Origin: an uncultured Phycisphaerales bacterium
GTDB lineage: Bacteria > Planctomycetota > Phycisphaerae > Tepidisphaerales > Tepidisphaeraceae
Length of the DNA: 64,000 nt
Reading direction: 5' to 3'
Assembly: GCA_963758525.1 (NCBI GenBank)
Contig: CAVWVQ010000003.1
Coordinates: 2,208,001 to 2,272,000, forward strand
This document shows, piece after piece, positions 20,309 through 30,490 of the stretch. The translations under genes were made by a program, and so were the position numbers. Under the pieces are notes generated by a model that was not told the origin of the DNA, did no database searches, and saw only the letters and a list, made by a program, of their open reading frames with translations. Numbering within the stretch: position 1 is the stretch's first letter; each line of letters opens with the position of its first letter.

Positions 20309-21655
20309 GCGGCCAGTGCCGACGATGGCAGTACTGTATTGCCGCAGCGTTGCGCCGGCGTCTCGTCCGCTTTCCAACAACGGGTGATACTGATGATCGA
20401 CAGCGCGGCAAGGATTGGAACGCCGAGATTGAATCGCGTCTGACCGGCGAGCCCCGGATTGAGCTGGGTTTCAAAGAACAGCGCGATCCAGATGGCGAGC
20501 TGCCAGCGATCGAGGGGCGTTGCCCGTGGTGTTTGACGCTCGAGCCAGTCGCGGGCGAAGAAAACCGCTGGCACCGAAAGCAGCAGCAGGTCGTAATCCA
20601 TGTAATAAGGCATCAGCAGCGGCATCGAGACGATAGCCGCCCCCATAAGATTCCGCAGGCGCGGGATGGTCGAGTAAGCCGCGAACGCGCATCACGTTGA
20701 GTGCGGTTGCACCAAACGACACTGCAATGCCCGCAGCGCTGACCCCGATCAGTATTGCCGGCAATAGCGGCAGAGGCCCATTTGAATGTCCCTCGCACAA
20801 GAGCCGCCAGAAACTTTGCAATGTCACCTGTCTGCCCCAGTTGTAACTGGGGGCGTATTGGAGGGCATGCAGAATTGGCGGAAGCTTGACCAGGTAATCG
20901 CCCAACGTCCCGGGAAGCGCTAAGAGCGTCACAGCGACCAGAGCTGAGTTTGTCAGCAGAATTCCCGCGACCGCTCGCCGGCCGCCCGTGATAACCAGAA
21001 CGACCGCCAACGCCAGGGCCAACTGTGGCTTGAAGAATAGAAGGCCCGAGACGGCTCCGGTGATAAACATCGCGTTCCTCGACCAGAATGTGATCGCCAG
21101 CGACAGCAAAAAAAGGGATATGAACGTGTTTTGCTGATGCGTCATCGCCTGCCAAAAGGGCATTGACGTGCACATGAGCAGCGGCAGCAATACCGTGCGC
21201 CAGCCGAGCACCGGCAGTTGCTTGCGGAGAAGCCAAATCGATCCGGACAGCAGCGTCAGGTTGATGGCGAGAAACACTGCCGCCGCCTGGCGGTATGGGA
21301 GGGCCGAGAGTGGCGCAAAGAAAAGCGCAAAAAATGGCGGATTCAGCCAGGGGCCTCCCTGTTTCACGAGCAGCAGATCGGCGGACTTTACAATGCGCGC
21401 CTCCTCACGGTGGACCGCGTCGATGTCATACATGTCCCGCGGTCGACCCTCGTGGACAAAGGTTCCAGCAACGTAGGACGGCAGCAGGTCGTGCCCCAAC
21501 GCCAGCTTATGATCGGTTTGGTGAACCGCGACTCGTTCGATGCAGACGACGCCGATAATCATGCTTGCCATGCAAATGCCGCCGACCAGCAGCCGCTTGG
21601 CAAGACGGCCGGGCGGCGGGGCGAGTCCGAGAGCCTTTGGCTGCTGTGAGGTCAT
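20305..21655 (-). CDS. Glycosyltransferase family 87 (DUF2029-like) membrane protein, apparent frameshift near 20650
   Basis: GHDLLPSYVAG, WLNPPFFA, HQQNT, FKPQLA; C-terminus PLLMPYYMDYDLLLL in ORF 20305..20646. Confidence 0.85.
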
Positions 21656-21664
21656 GAAGATGAC

Positions 21665-23060
21665 TCAGGCGGCTATCCTGCGGCCTGGCGGCTCCCGCAC
21701 TTTGTCGACGTCCAGCAGCAATGCGGTGGTCGCCTGCATCGCCCGCCCGATGAGCATCAGGGACACGGCGCTCAGCAGCACCACGGTTCCGTTGAAACGC
21801 GTCAGCGAGGCGACGTCGGGGTTGATCATGAGCCAGCCATACCAGATCGACCAGATTCCGATCACCATGGAACGGCGCAGTTGGAGCGGCAGGACTTGCC
21901 CGCGCGGCTCATGCTGCTCGAGAACTTCGATCGCGAAGAGAACCGCGGGAATCGCCAGGAGAAGCTGGTCGTAGTCGAAATAGAAAGGCATCAGCAGCGG
22001 CGTGCTGACGATCGTTGCAGCGATCAGCCGGTCGAACCGCCTGCCGTTGCGAATCAAATGGGCTGGCGCCGCGCGCGTCCGCAATGCCGCCGAGAAGAGA
22101 AATGCCCCCAACCCGATGCTGCAGACAGATGCGGCGATCCACGTCACAAGTGAGGATTCTCCCGTCGCGTATCCTTGAAAGAGCAGGCGCCAGAACGCGC
22201 GGAACGTAACATGCCGATCCCATAGATACGGAGTTTCCAGCAGGACGAAATGAAGATTGATCGGCAGACGGTGCTGGTAGTCGCCAATGGTTCCCGGCAG
22301 CGTCCATACGTTGACCGCCAGGAGCGAAGCCCCGGTGATCGCCAGTCCCGCAAGAACACGCCAGCCCAGGCAGATCGTCATCACGACTGCCACCAGCGCC
22401 ACGAGCTGCGGTTTGTATGCCAGCGCTCCGAGCAACAGCCCCGCCAGCAATGGACGTTCATTTCGCCAGGCGGCGACGACCAGAGTCAGCAGAAGAAGAG
22501 ATGTACACGTGTTTTGGGCGTGGGTCAGCGACTGGATGAACGGCGTCGATATTGCGATCAGCACGGGCACCAGCGCCCACGTCGCGGGGCCGCTGCGCGA
22601 CGCCCGCCTGACCCAGCTCACGAGGATGGTCACGGCAATCGCAGCACAAACCAGATCGAAGCCGAGCCAGAGCTTTAGCGCGGCCAGATAGGAAAACTTC
22701 GCCAGCGGGACAAACAGCCATGCATAGTAAGGCGGGTTCCACCACGGGCCGATTGCCTGCCCGAGGTCATCGCCGTTCTGCTGAGCCAGCGCGTGCTGGT
22801 ATTGTGCGATGGCGTGCAGATCGTAGAGGCTGCGCGCGCGGCCCTCGCTGACGAACACGCCGGCCGTGTAGAAGGCGATAAAGTCCGTGCCGACGCTTCC
22901 TTCACGGTGATGCGGTCCGGCCGGCATGAAGGCATAGATGCCCGCCAGGGAGACAATGAAGAGCGTGACGCAGGCGGCGCCGACCCAGAGCCGGCGCTGC
23001 AGGGAGCCGCGGGCGATGACGGAGAATGGGCGTGGGATTCGAATAGTGAAGAGAATATCG
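21665..23060 (-). CDS. Glycosyltransferase family 87 (DUF2029-like) membrane protein; start uncertain
   Basis: GTDFIAFYTAG, WWNPPYYA, HAQNT, YKPQL, PLLMPFYFDYDQLLL; frame stays open upstream of ATG 22927 through a TM helix (RRLWVGAACVTLFIVSLAGIYAF) but has no canonical start there. Confidence 0.85.
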
Positions 23061-23146
23061 ACTGCGGCCCGGCATCAGGTTGCGTGGAAGTATCTGGCTC
23101 GTAGAAAGACCGATCCCGTTGCGAGGCAGTCGCGCCAGCGTATCGA

Positions 23147-23662
23147 TTATTGGCCGCGGGCGGGTAATTGCTCCAGCAAACGGTCGATAACTGCAACGGC
23201 GCTCAGGTCGTTGCGGACAGCCGAGTCTCGGTTCCATTGCACGTTCTCGTTGGGAACGTTGCGCGGAAAGGAAAAATTCGTCGCGATATGGTCCAGCCGG
23301 GACTGACGTTCAGACAGCAGCGCAGACCGCACGGCGCTGACGGCGGCGGGATCCAACGCCGAATCGGCCTGGTGCTCGAGCGCCTTGAGCGTATCGGGAA
23401 CGCCGTCGGCGCCCGCATCGGACGGACCGGCCAGCAGATCGAGGAGATAGCCCGCCCTCCGCACCGGGTCCGCCAGTCGCTCGCGCACCGCTTGCAGACG
23501 CTGGCGCAGCTCCGCGGCGTGATCGCCGCCGCTTGCGGAAATCTCGTTCGACACGCGCGCTACGGCCGTGTCAAGCCGGACCGCATCCAACTGAAACTCG
23601 CGGTTCAAACCGAGCAGTGCAAAATCGTCAGGGGCGTTTTGAAGATCTTCTGCTGCGCTCAT
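23147..23662 (-). CDS. HscB-like co-chaperone homolog lacking the HPD motif
   Basis: DDFALLGLNREFQLDAVRL and RLADPVRRAGYLLDL resemble the HscB J-domain ends. Confidence 0.55.
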   Translation of the reverse strand: MSAAEDLQNAPDDFALLGLNREFQLDAVRLDTAVARVSNEISASGGDHAAELRQRLQAVRERLADPVRRAGYLLDLLAGPSDAGADGVPDTLKALEHQADSALDPAAVSAVRSALLSERQSRLDHIATNFSFPRNVPNENVQWNRDSAVRNDLSAVAVIDRLLEQLPARGQ

Positions 23663-23903
23663 GATGCGGCCCTTGCGGCTCATGCCGGAAAGTGTTGGCG
23701 CTTCGTGGTCGCGTACATGATATCGCTTGACGCGCATCGCGGGAAGCCTAACGATGGCCGCGTAAATGCAGAAGAAATCACGAGCCGTGAGTCATAGAGA
23801 CGCGCAGCGCTGCGAGCCGCAGAGCTGAAAAGCTAAGAAGGCGCAAGACGGTCGCCATGGCGACTAAACTGCGACAGACGCGAACGAAGAGGGAGCGCCG
23901 AGA

Positions 23904-25448
23904 ATGCGTGGAGCACAGAATCTTGCTGCAAAAATAAGGGACGGCGCCACATCACCGATGGAGCAGGCAAACACATTTTCCCCGTGGCATGGGCGTCCCG
24001 CCCATGTGGGCGGCGTGGAACTCAAGAAACATCTCGATATCAAAGGTTCTGCTGCTGCTGCGCCGCCAGCATGGGCGGGACGCTCATGCCACGGGGAAGC
24101 TCTTCGCGTTTTCCTTCGCGCCTTTGCGCCTTCGCGGCTCTTTTTTTTGTTCGTATTATGCACGCTGGCATGTGGCGCGGTCTCCGCAGCCGCACCCATG
24201 GACGACAACTCGCCGATCCGCATCTCCATCATCACGATGGGCCCCGGCGATGCATCGTGGGAGAAGTTCGGGCATATTGCACTGCGCATCCAGGACGTGC
24301 GAGCGCGTTATCCGGACGTGCTCTTCAACTGGGGAATCTTTGATTTCGATCAGAAGAACTTTTATCTGAATTTCCTGCAGGGCCGGATGATCTACACGAC
24401 GGCGGCCGAGGACGGCCCGCCAACGATTGAAGAATACCGCAACAGCGGGCGTACGGTGTGGGAGCAGGTGCTTGGCCTGTCCGAAAACCAGAAAATCGAT
24501 ATCGAGGATCGCTGCATCGCGGCGATCGATCCGCAAAATCGGGATTACCGGTACGATTATTATCGTGATAACTGCTCGACGCGGGTGCGCGATCTCATCG
24601 ATGCCGCGCTGGGCCACCAGATCAGGCAGCAGATTGAGTCGAAGCCGAGCGGCGTGACGGATCGCTGGCACACACGCCGGCTGCTGCGGGACGACATCCC
24701 GCTGTATGTCGCGCTGCAGGCCGTCCTCGGACACCCGGTGGACGAGCCGATTTCACAATGGCAGGAGACGTTTTTGCCGGAGAAGCTGCGCGAACGGCTG
24801 CGCGAGATCAGAATTGTCGGCGCCGACGGCCGGAGCGCGCCGCTGCTGGAAAGTGAAAGCGTTCTCAGCCCGGGCAATAAGCCCCCGGAAGCGTCCGCCC
24901 CACCGAACTCGCTTCCGCCGATGCTGATCGCCGGCGTCCTGATCGCCGGCGGGTTCGTCGGCCTCACGACCCTGATCGTACGCGGTCAGCGCGGTGCGCG
25001 GATCGCCTTGATCGTGTTTGCAATGGCATGGCTGCTGCTGATCGGCGTGGGCGGTGCAATCGCGACGTGGGGCTGGTTCGCGACGGATCACGTCGTCTGC
25101 AGGTACAACGAGAATCTCCTGCAGGTCAGCCCGCTGGCGCTGTTCCTTCTAGTATTGCTGCCCAAAGCCTCGGGCGGCGGGAGGCGGCTCGCGTTTGTCG
25201 TATCGGCAATTATTGCCGGTCTTTCAATCCTCGGGTTGGCGCTGAAAGCTTCACCATTTTTCTTCCAGGTGAATGGCGATATGATCTCACTTTGTCTACC
25301 GATTCATCTCGCGCTCTGCTGGTCGATGTGGCGGCTGTGGAAAATGCCGCCAAAGCCCAGGACGGAATCGCTCGACCGGAAGCGCGGGCCGGCAGACAGT
25401 GCCGATTTCCGCAGCTCGCGCCGGCGGACGCGAGCGGCAACGCAATGA
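23904..25448 (+). CDS. DUF4105 / Lnb-like protein with C-terminal TM helices; start uncertain
   Basis: ITMGPG, KFGHIALRI, FNWGIFDF, YRYDYYRDNCSTRVRD, FLPE, NENLL. Confidence 0.85.
   Translation: MRGAQNLAAKIRDGATSPMEQANTFSPWHGRPAHVGGVELKKHLDIKGSAAAAPPAWAGRSCHGEALRVFLRAFAPSRLFFLFVLCTLACGAVSAAAPMDDNSPIRISIITMGPGDASWEKFGHIALRIQDVRARYPDVLFNWGIFDFDQKNFYLNFLQGRMIYTTAAEDGPPTIEEYRNSGRTVWEQVLGLSENQKIDIEDRCIAAIDPQNRDYRYDYYRDNCSTRVRDLIDAALGHQIRQQIESKPSGVTDRWHTRRLLRDDIPLYVALQAVLGHPVDEPISQWQETFLPEKLRERLREIRIVGADGRSAPLLESESVLSPGNKPPEASAPPNSLPPMLIAGVLIAGGFVGLTTLIVRGQRGARIALIVFAMAWLLLIGVGGAIATWGWFATDHVVCRYNENLLQVSPLALFLLVLLPKASGGGRRLAFVVSAIIAGLSILGLALKASPFFFQVNGDMISLCLPIHLALCWSMWRLWKMPPKPRTESLDRKRGPADSADFRSSRRRTRAATQ
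23980..24137. repeat. REP-like doublet followed by CTTCGCG-type oligomer repeats, inside the open 5' frame of the DUF4105 gene
   Basis: CCCCGTGGCATGGGCGTCCCGCCCATG (23980-24006) pairs with CATGGGCGGGACGCTCATGCCACGGGG (24070-24096); then CTTCGCGTTTTCCTTCGCGCCTTTGCGCCTTCGCGG. Confidence 0.85.
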
Positions 25449-26488
25449 ACCCGCAGCCCTCTCAGTCAAAATCAACCATGCGCTACTTCCATGCATCAAT
25501 CGTATTGAGCCTCTGCGGTTATCTCGTCGCCGGATGCGGCGGAAAAACGCAAGATCCCAACGCCAAGGTCCTGCCCGCCCCGCCGCGCATCACCGCGGCG
25601 CCGCCGGTGAAAAATGTACCGCTCGACCCTGCGCTCGCGGAGGCCGCGCACGAGCAGATCACCCGCTCGCTGAACTCCAACAGCTCTTCTCCCACGCCGC
25701 GGGTGCATGCGCTGGAAGCGGTGAAGGATTTGGGAGAGGTTGAGCATGCGCCGGAGGTCATTGCAGCCTTGTCCGCCCCTGAGCCGATCGTCCGCTTTGC
25801 CGCGGCGATGACCGCCGGCGGATTGAAGCTTGAAGCCGCGCACCAGCCGCTGCTGGCAATCGCCAGCGATCCGGATGCAAACGTGCGTGTGGCGGTGCGT
25901 TACGCACTGCACCGCCTCGGCGATGCCCGCCTGAGTCATGATCTGGAAAAGTACGCCCGCGATCCCCGCAAGGAAGTGCGCGGCAATACCGCGATGGTTC
26001 TCGGCATGCTCAGCGAGCCCAGCGCGCTGAAAGTGCTGAGCGTTCTTCGCAAGGATCCCGAGCCGTCCGTCCGCCAGCAGGCGGCCGAAGCGATGTGGCG
26101 GCTGGGTGACGAGTCGGGAATGGAGGCGCTGGTTGGCATGACCGTCAGCCGCTACCCCGACGACCAGATGCTGGCGTTGCTCGCGCTGGCCGAGCCGCGC
26201 GATCAACGGGTGGGGCGGACGGTGGAGGCGGGCCTCAGCGTCGACTACATCGAAGTCAATCTGGTCGCAGCCCGGGCTTTGGGAATGCTGGGAACCGATG
26301 AGGGATACACCGTCGCGCTCCGCGGCGCCGCCAGCTCCGACCCCCGACAGCGTTTCATGGCCGCCCTCGCCCTGGGCGCCATCGGGCGGGCTGATGCGCA
26401 GGACACGCTGCGAAAGCTGCTTGCCGACGACTATGAAAGTGTGCGGATCGCGGCGGCGGAGGCGATTCTGCAGCTTCACGGAACGTGA
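25445..26488 (+). CDS. HEAT/PBS-lyase repeat lipoprotein
   Basis: Lipobox LVAG|C; repeats VRFAAA, DPDANVRVAVRYAL, DPEPSVRQQAAEAMWRLG, VRIAAAEAIL; ATGA overlap with upstream gene. Confidence 0.85.
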   Translation: MNPQPSQSKSTMRYFHASIVLSLCGYLVAGCGGKTQDPNAKVLPAPPRITAAPPVKNVPLDPALAEAAHEQITRSLNSNSSSPTPRVHALEAVKDLGEVEHAPEVIAALSAPEPIVRFAAAMTAGGLKLEAAHQPLLAIASDPDANVRVAVRYALHRLGDARLSHDLEKYARDPRKEVRGNTAMVLGMLSEPSALKVLSVLRKDPEPSVRQQAAEAMWRLGDESGMEALVGMTVSRYPDDQMLALLALAEPRDQRVGRTVEAGLSVDYIEVNLVAARALGMLGTDEGYTVALRGAASSDPRQRFMAALALGAIGRADAQDTLRKLLADDYESVRIAAAEAILQLHGT

Positions 26489-26490
26489 TT

Positions 26491-26764
26491 AGGATTCAGG
26501 GTTCAGGGCTCAGGACAAATTCGAATAACGAAGCTCGAATCCTCGAATGAAGCTCGATTGTCGAATGACCGAATGTCGAAACCGCGAGTAGTGCGTCCTT
26601 TTCGCGGATGTCTGCCTGCGCGGCCTTCGTAGTCCCACGATGAAGCAGGCGGAATCAGGTTCACCCGCGCGTTTAATTCGAGTTTCGACATTCGGGCTTC
26701 GGATTTGATTCTGGTTTCGAGCTTCGTCATTCGGATTTCCGCGACGGCTCACGCCCTGAACCCT
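26491..26764. repeat. Large imperfect hairpin of the GAATGACGAA family with outer TCAGGG heptamer arms
   Basis: TTCAGGGTTCAGGGCTCAGG ... CGAATGACCGAATGTCGAAAC ... GTTTCGACATTCGG ... CTTCGTCATTCGGATTTC ... CCCTGAACCCT. Confidence 0.8.
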
Positions 26765-26825
26765 CCCCAGTCCCATAACGTATGTAATAGTCGGCGGCTG
26801 CGCCTGTCTGGAACCCGGAAATTCC

Positions 26826-26853
26826 TTGACACTCCACCGTGCGAGATTAGGAT
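26826..26853 (+). promoter_or_regulatory. Sigma70-like promoter
   Basis: TTGACA-N16-TAGGAT about 85 nt upstream of TTG 26938. Confidence 0.4.
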
Positions 26854-26937
26854 ATTGATTGGCGGTTTCAGACTTGCCGATGCCGGATTGTCCTTGCCGA
26901 CCACCACTGCCAGCTAACTTCGTCTGAGGAGCACACC

Positions 26938-27801
26938 TTGAGCGCACTCACCAAGACTTTCGTCGTTCTGCACGTGATTCTGTCCATGGTTCTGGTCTCG
27001 GCCCTGGTTGTCTTCGTCAATCGAACCGAAGATTTCCGCGCCTTGAACAAGGCCGCCACGGACAAATACAACGCGGCGAAGAACGACGCGACCCAGGCAG
27101 CAATTGAAACCGCCAGCGTGAAGGCCGCGCTGCAGCAACAGCTCAATTCCAAGGATGCGTCGCTGACGGCCCAGCGCAAAGCGCTCGCCGCCGACCAAAC
27201 CACGATCGGCGGCCTTAATACGCAGGTCGCCGACCTGACCAGCAAGGTCGCGATGGCGCTGAGCGCGCAGACCGCCACGACCGCCGCCCTCCAGGTCGCC
27301 CAACAGCAGAACGCGACCATTGAGACCAACTTTGCGAATCTGCGCAAGCAGCAGGACGCCCTGCAACAGCAGTACACCGAAGCGAGCCTGCATATCACCG
27401 ATCTGCAGAACAAGCTGGATGTGACGGAGAAGCAGCGGCGGTATCTGGCTGAGCAGGTCACGCAGCTCACCGCCCAGAACGCGCAGCAGGCAGACCTCAT
27501 TCATAAAAACATTCCCGCCATCGAAGACCGCCAGGGCGCAATACTGAATCCAAACCCCACGATCGCCCTCGACGGAGTTGTGCGGGACAAGACGGTCATT
27601 GCCGGCGTCCCCTACGCCACCATCTCGATCGGCAGCGCCGATCAGGTCGAGAAGAACATGCAGTTTAAGGTGATCGACCATGACAGGTTTCTCGGCTACC
27701 TGACCGTCGACACGGTGGAGCCGCACGAAGCGACCGGCCGACTTGAAGGGCCGCACGTCGAAGACGTGAAGAGCGGCGTGGAAGTGAAAACCCAACTTTA
27801 A
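26938..27801 (+). CDS. Membrane-anchored coiled-coil protein with C-terminal beta domain
   Basis: AGGAG RBS before TTG; N-terminal TM; long Q/A/L-rich heptads; ISIGSADQVEKNMQFKV. Confidence 0.8.
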   Translation: MSALTKTFVVLHVILSMVLVSALVVFVNRTEDFRALNKAATDKYNAAKNDATQAAIETASVKAALQQQLNSKDASLTAQRKALAADQTTIGGLNTQVADLTSKVAMALSAQTATTAALQVAQQQNATIETNFANLRKQQDALQQQYTEASLHITDLQNKLDVTEKQRRYLAEQVTQLTAQNAQQADLIHKNIPAIEDRQGAILNPNPTIALDGVVRDKTVIAGVPYATISIGSADQVEKNMQFKVIDHDRFLGYLTVDTVEPHEATGRLEGPHVEDVKSGVEVKTQL

Positions 27802-27835
27802 TGAACGGGCGCGGGTTCGCGCACGTGCGAAAGAC

Positions 27836-27863
27836 GCCGCTGCCCTCGGGGCAGCCGCTAAAC
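27836..27863. repeat. Short REP-like hairpin ending GCTAAAC
   Basis: GCTGCCCTCGGGGCAGC hairpin followed by GCTAAAC, like the ends of elements at 50575 and 51778. Confidence 0.4.
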
Positions 27864-27937
27864 GAACTTGGGAAGCGCGTAATTGCGCAAGTTATCTAAA
27901 TCGCTGATCCTTCAGGGATGCGCAGCCGGAGCAAAAC

Positions 27938-28096
27938 ATGAGTCGATTGGGAAATACTGGCGCAATCGTGGTGAAGCCAGCCAGCAATATCTACACGGTG
28001 CTGGTGGCGGCCGCGATCGTTGTTGAAGTCGTCGGATTGGTCTACATCTGGATGCAGGCGGTCGTTTTGCACGGCAAACCGCTCTTCGCCATGTAG
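27938..28096 (+). CDS. 52-aa single-TM protein (below ORF track cutoff)
   Basis: GGAG RBS; MSRLGNTGAIVVKPASNIYTVLVAAAIVVEVVGLVYIWMQAVVLHGKPLFAM; stop overlaps next start. Confidence 0.7.
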   Translation: MSRLGNTGAIVVKPASNIYTVLVAAAIVVEVVGLVYIWMQAVVLHGKPLFAM

Positions 28097-28714
28097 TGGC
28101 AGATTTGTTCGGCCACGCGTTTCAATTCCTCGAACCCGGACCGCTGCGCGACGGCGAGCTTGAGCTGGTCGAGCCCCAGACCAAGTGGGTGGATGACTTC
28201 CTCGCAGCCTGCGGCGATCCCCTCACCCGCCGTGACGCATTCGGCCTCTCCTGCGTCACACGCCATCAACTCAATCAGTTCTGCAGCATCTCCCCGCGCG
28301 GTCGCGAGCCCGGCGAGCCGCTCCTGGGCCGCCTCCCGACGTATCACTACTGGATGTTGTGGCACGACTCGCCGGGCGGCGCTCGCCCGCCGCTGCGCAT
28401 GGCCGGCGGCATCAGCCTGCGGATCGGCATGACCCGTGCGATCGAACTTTACTACGGCAACTTCGGCTACCACGTCTATCCCGCCGCCCGAGGCCATCAT
28501 TTTGCCGAGCGGTCCTGCCGACTGCTGCTGCCGCTCGCCCGCGCATGGCATGAAGACGATCTGGATCACCTGCAATCCCGATAATTACGCGTCGCGCCGC
28601 ACCTGTCAGCGACTGGGGACAACGCTCGTTGACATTGTTCCGGTGCCGCCCGCCGACCCGCTGTACGCGCGCGGGGATCATGAGAAGTGCCGGTTTAGAT
28701 TGGATCTGCGATAA
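28096..28714 (+). CDS. GNAT family N-acetyltransferase, apparent frameshift near 28545
   Basis: AGGISLRIG, GNFGYHVYPAARGHHFA, then IWITCNPDNYASRRTCQRLG in the second frame. Confidence 0.85.
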
Positions 28715-28724
28715 ACGGCGATCC

Positions 28725-28917
28725 CTACCCAGTTTTGCGATTGCCGCCATGTTTGGGCAGGACCGCCGTAAGACCGCGAGCGATGAGTTCGGCTCGGCTG
28801 ATGCCTTGGCGGCGGGCGTAGCCATCGGCCTTGAGGAGCAAGCTCGGAACGATCGTCACCAGCACGCGGGCGGCCTTTTCGGCAGCGGGCTTCCGAGGCC
28901 GACCCTGCCAGCGTCAC
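28725..28917 (-). pseudogene. Ribbon-helix-helix (CopG-like) protein lacking an in-frame start (remnant or indel error)
   Basis: Manual translation: GRPRKPAAEKAARVLVTIVPSLLLKADGYARRQGISRAELIARGLTAVL; in-frame TGA at 28916-28914, GTG at 28917 one base out of frame. Confidence 0.5.
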
Positions 28918-28992
28918 TGATGTCAGTATGTACCGAAAATCAGTGCGAACAGGAAGCGGTGATGGAGCACGCCCGTCGCAAGGTTCCGAAAA

Positions 28993-30466
28993 ATGCGACG
29001 ATTACGCGTTTCGGCTACACTTCCCCGCCGATTGCGCTCCGATACCACCATCCGCCGGGACATTGCCAGCGCGTACCTTGCGGCCGGCTCGCGCGTCGTC
29101 AGTTGGGTCGTCGTCTCGGCGTTCGTCTATCGGCGCAGCGGGCCGGGCGCATTTGCCATGCTCGCGCTGGTGCGCGCCACGCTGGGGTTGCTGAACTACG
29201 CCACGGTCGGGCTGGCGCCGGCGATGATTCACTTTCTCCCGGCACGTTCGCGGCCGGGACAGCAACCGGCGATGCCCCTGGTCGAAGGCGCCGGCCTGCC
29301 GACGCTCGATTACGCGCCCGCTGAAACAACTGATCTGAACTACAGCCCTGATGTGCTCTACTGCAACGGCGTGGCGCTCGCCTGGACCGCGGCGCTCGTG
29401 GCCGGCGTCGCGCTGATCCTGTACGAGATCTGGTTCAAGTTTGATCACTATCACGGCACGATCCACGGCGTAACGCCATCGATCGTGCCGCTGTTTGTCA
29501 TGACCATGGGCGCGGGGACGATTCTGCGGCTCGCCAGCGACCCGGCGAGCGCACTGCTGCAGGTGCGCGGCAAGCTCGCCCTGGACAATACTCTTCTGGC
29601 CGGCGCCGAATTGCTGTGGATGACCGCTGCTTTGACCGCAGGCGCAACGATTCAGGCCGTCGGCATCAGCTTCATGATCGCCGGCGGCGCTTTATGGGTG
29701 GCACGAAGCCTGTGGGGTTTTCGCCTGACGGGCGTGCTGCTGCCGACCCGCTACGCGATCCGCCCGGCCATCGTGCGCGCGCTGCTTGCCTTTGGAGCCG
29801 TGGTCACACTGGCGCAGGTCGCGGACTTTCTGTACGCGCCGATGGATTACATTCTGATCGACCGGCTGCTGCGGCCGATCGACATCGCCGCCTACGCTCC
29901 GGCGGTGCAGATCGACGGCGGGCTGCTGCTGCTGGCCATGGCACTCGCGTCGGTGCTGCTGCCACGGGCTGCCAGGGCGCACGCTGACAACGATCGCGCG
30001 GCGCTGCGGCGTTATTACCTGCAAGGCACGGCAACCAGCGCTGCGCTGCTCGCGGTTGCCGCGATCCTGATCTGGCTGATCTCCCCCTGGCTGCTTCGCA
30101 ACTGGCTCGGGAATTCGATGCCCGCCACCCGCGCTGCTCCCCCTGGTGCTTGTGAATAGCGTGATCGGGGGAAGCAGCGCAGTCGGACGATCCATTCTGC
30201 TGGGGGCGGGACGGGTGCGCCCGCTGGCGGCGGCGTCGCTGGCAGGTGGCGCGACAAACGTGGCATGCAGTTACGCCTTTGTTCATTTCGCTGCCGCGGG
30301 CCTGCGTGGAATCGTGCTGGGAACGAGCGTGGCGCTGGTCGGACGATGCGCTCTTTGGATGCCGTGGTATGTGCTAAAGACACTGCGATCGCCGCAGACC
30401 GCGAACCCTCCGGGAGAGAATCTTCCTCTGACTGAGGGCCGCGCACGAATCACTGGCTGGAGATAA
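28993..30466 (+). CDS. Wzx/MATE-like (MOP superfamily) polysaccharide flippase, apparent frameshift near 30130
   Basis: Many TM segments; DYILIDRLL..IAAYAPAVQID, WLG, then RSILLGAGRVR...ATNVACS in the second frame. Confidence 0.75.
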
Positions 30467-30490
30467 TGAGATGCCGTTTCCGCTGCGGTC

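Noticed and set aside
28096..28917. GNAT plus RHH as a toxin-antitoxin pair
   Set aside because: The genes are convergent and the GNAT does not resemble the toxin type
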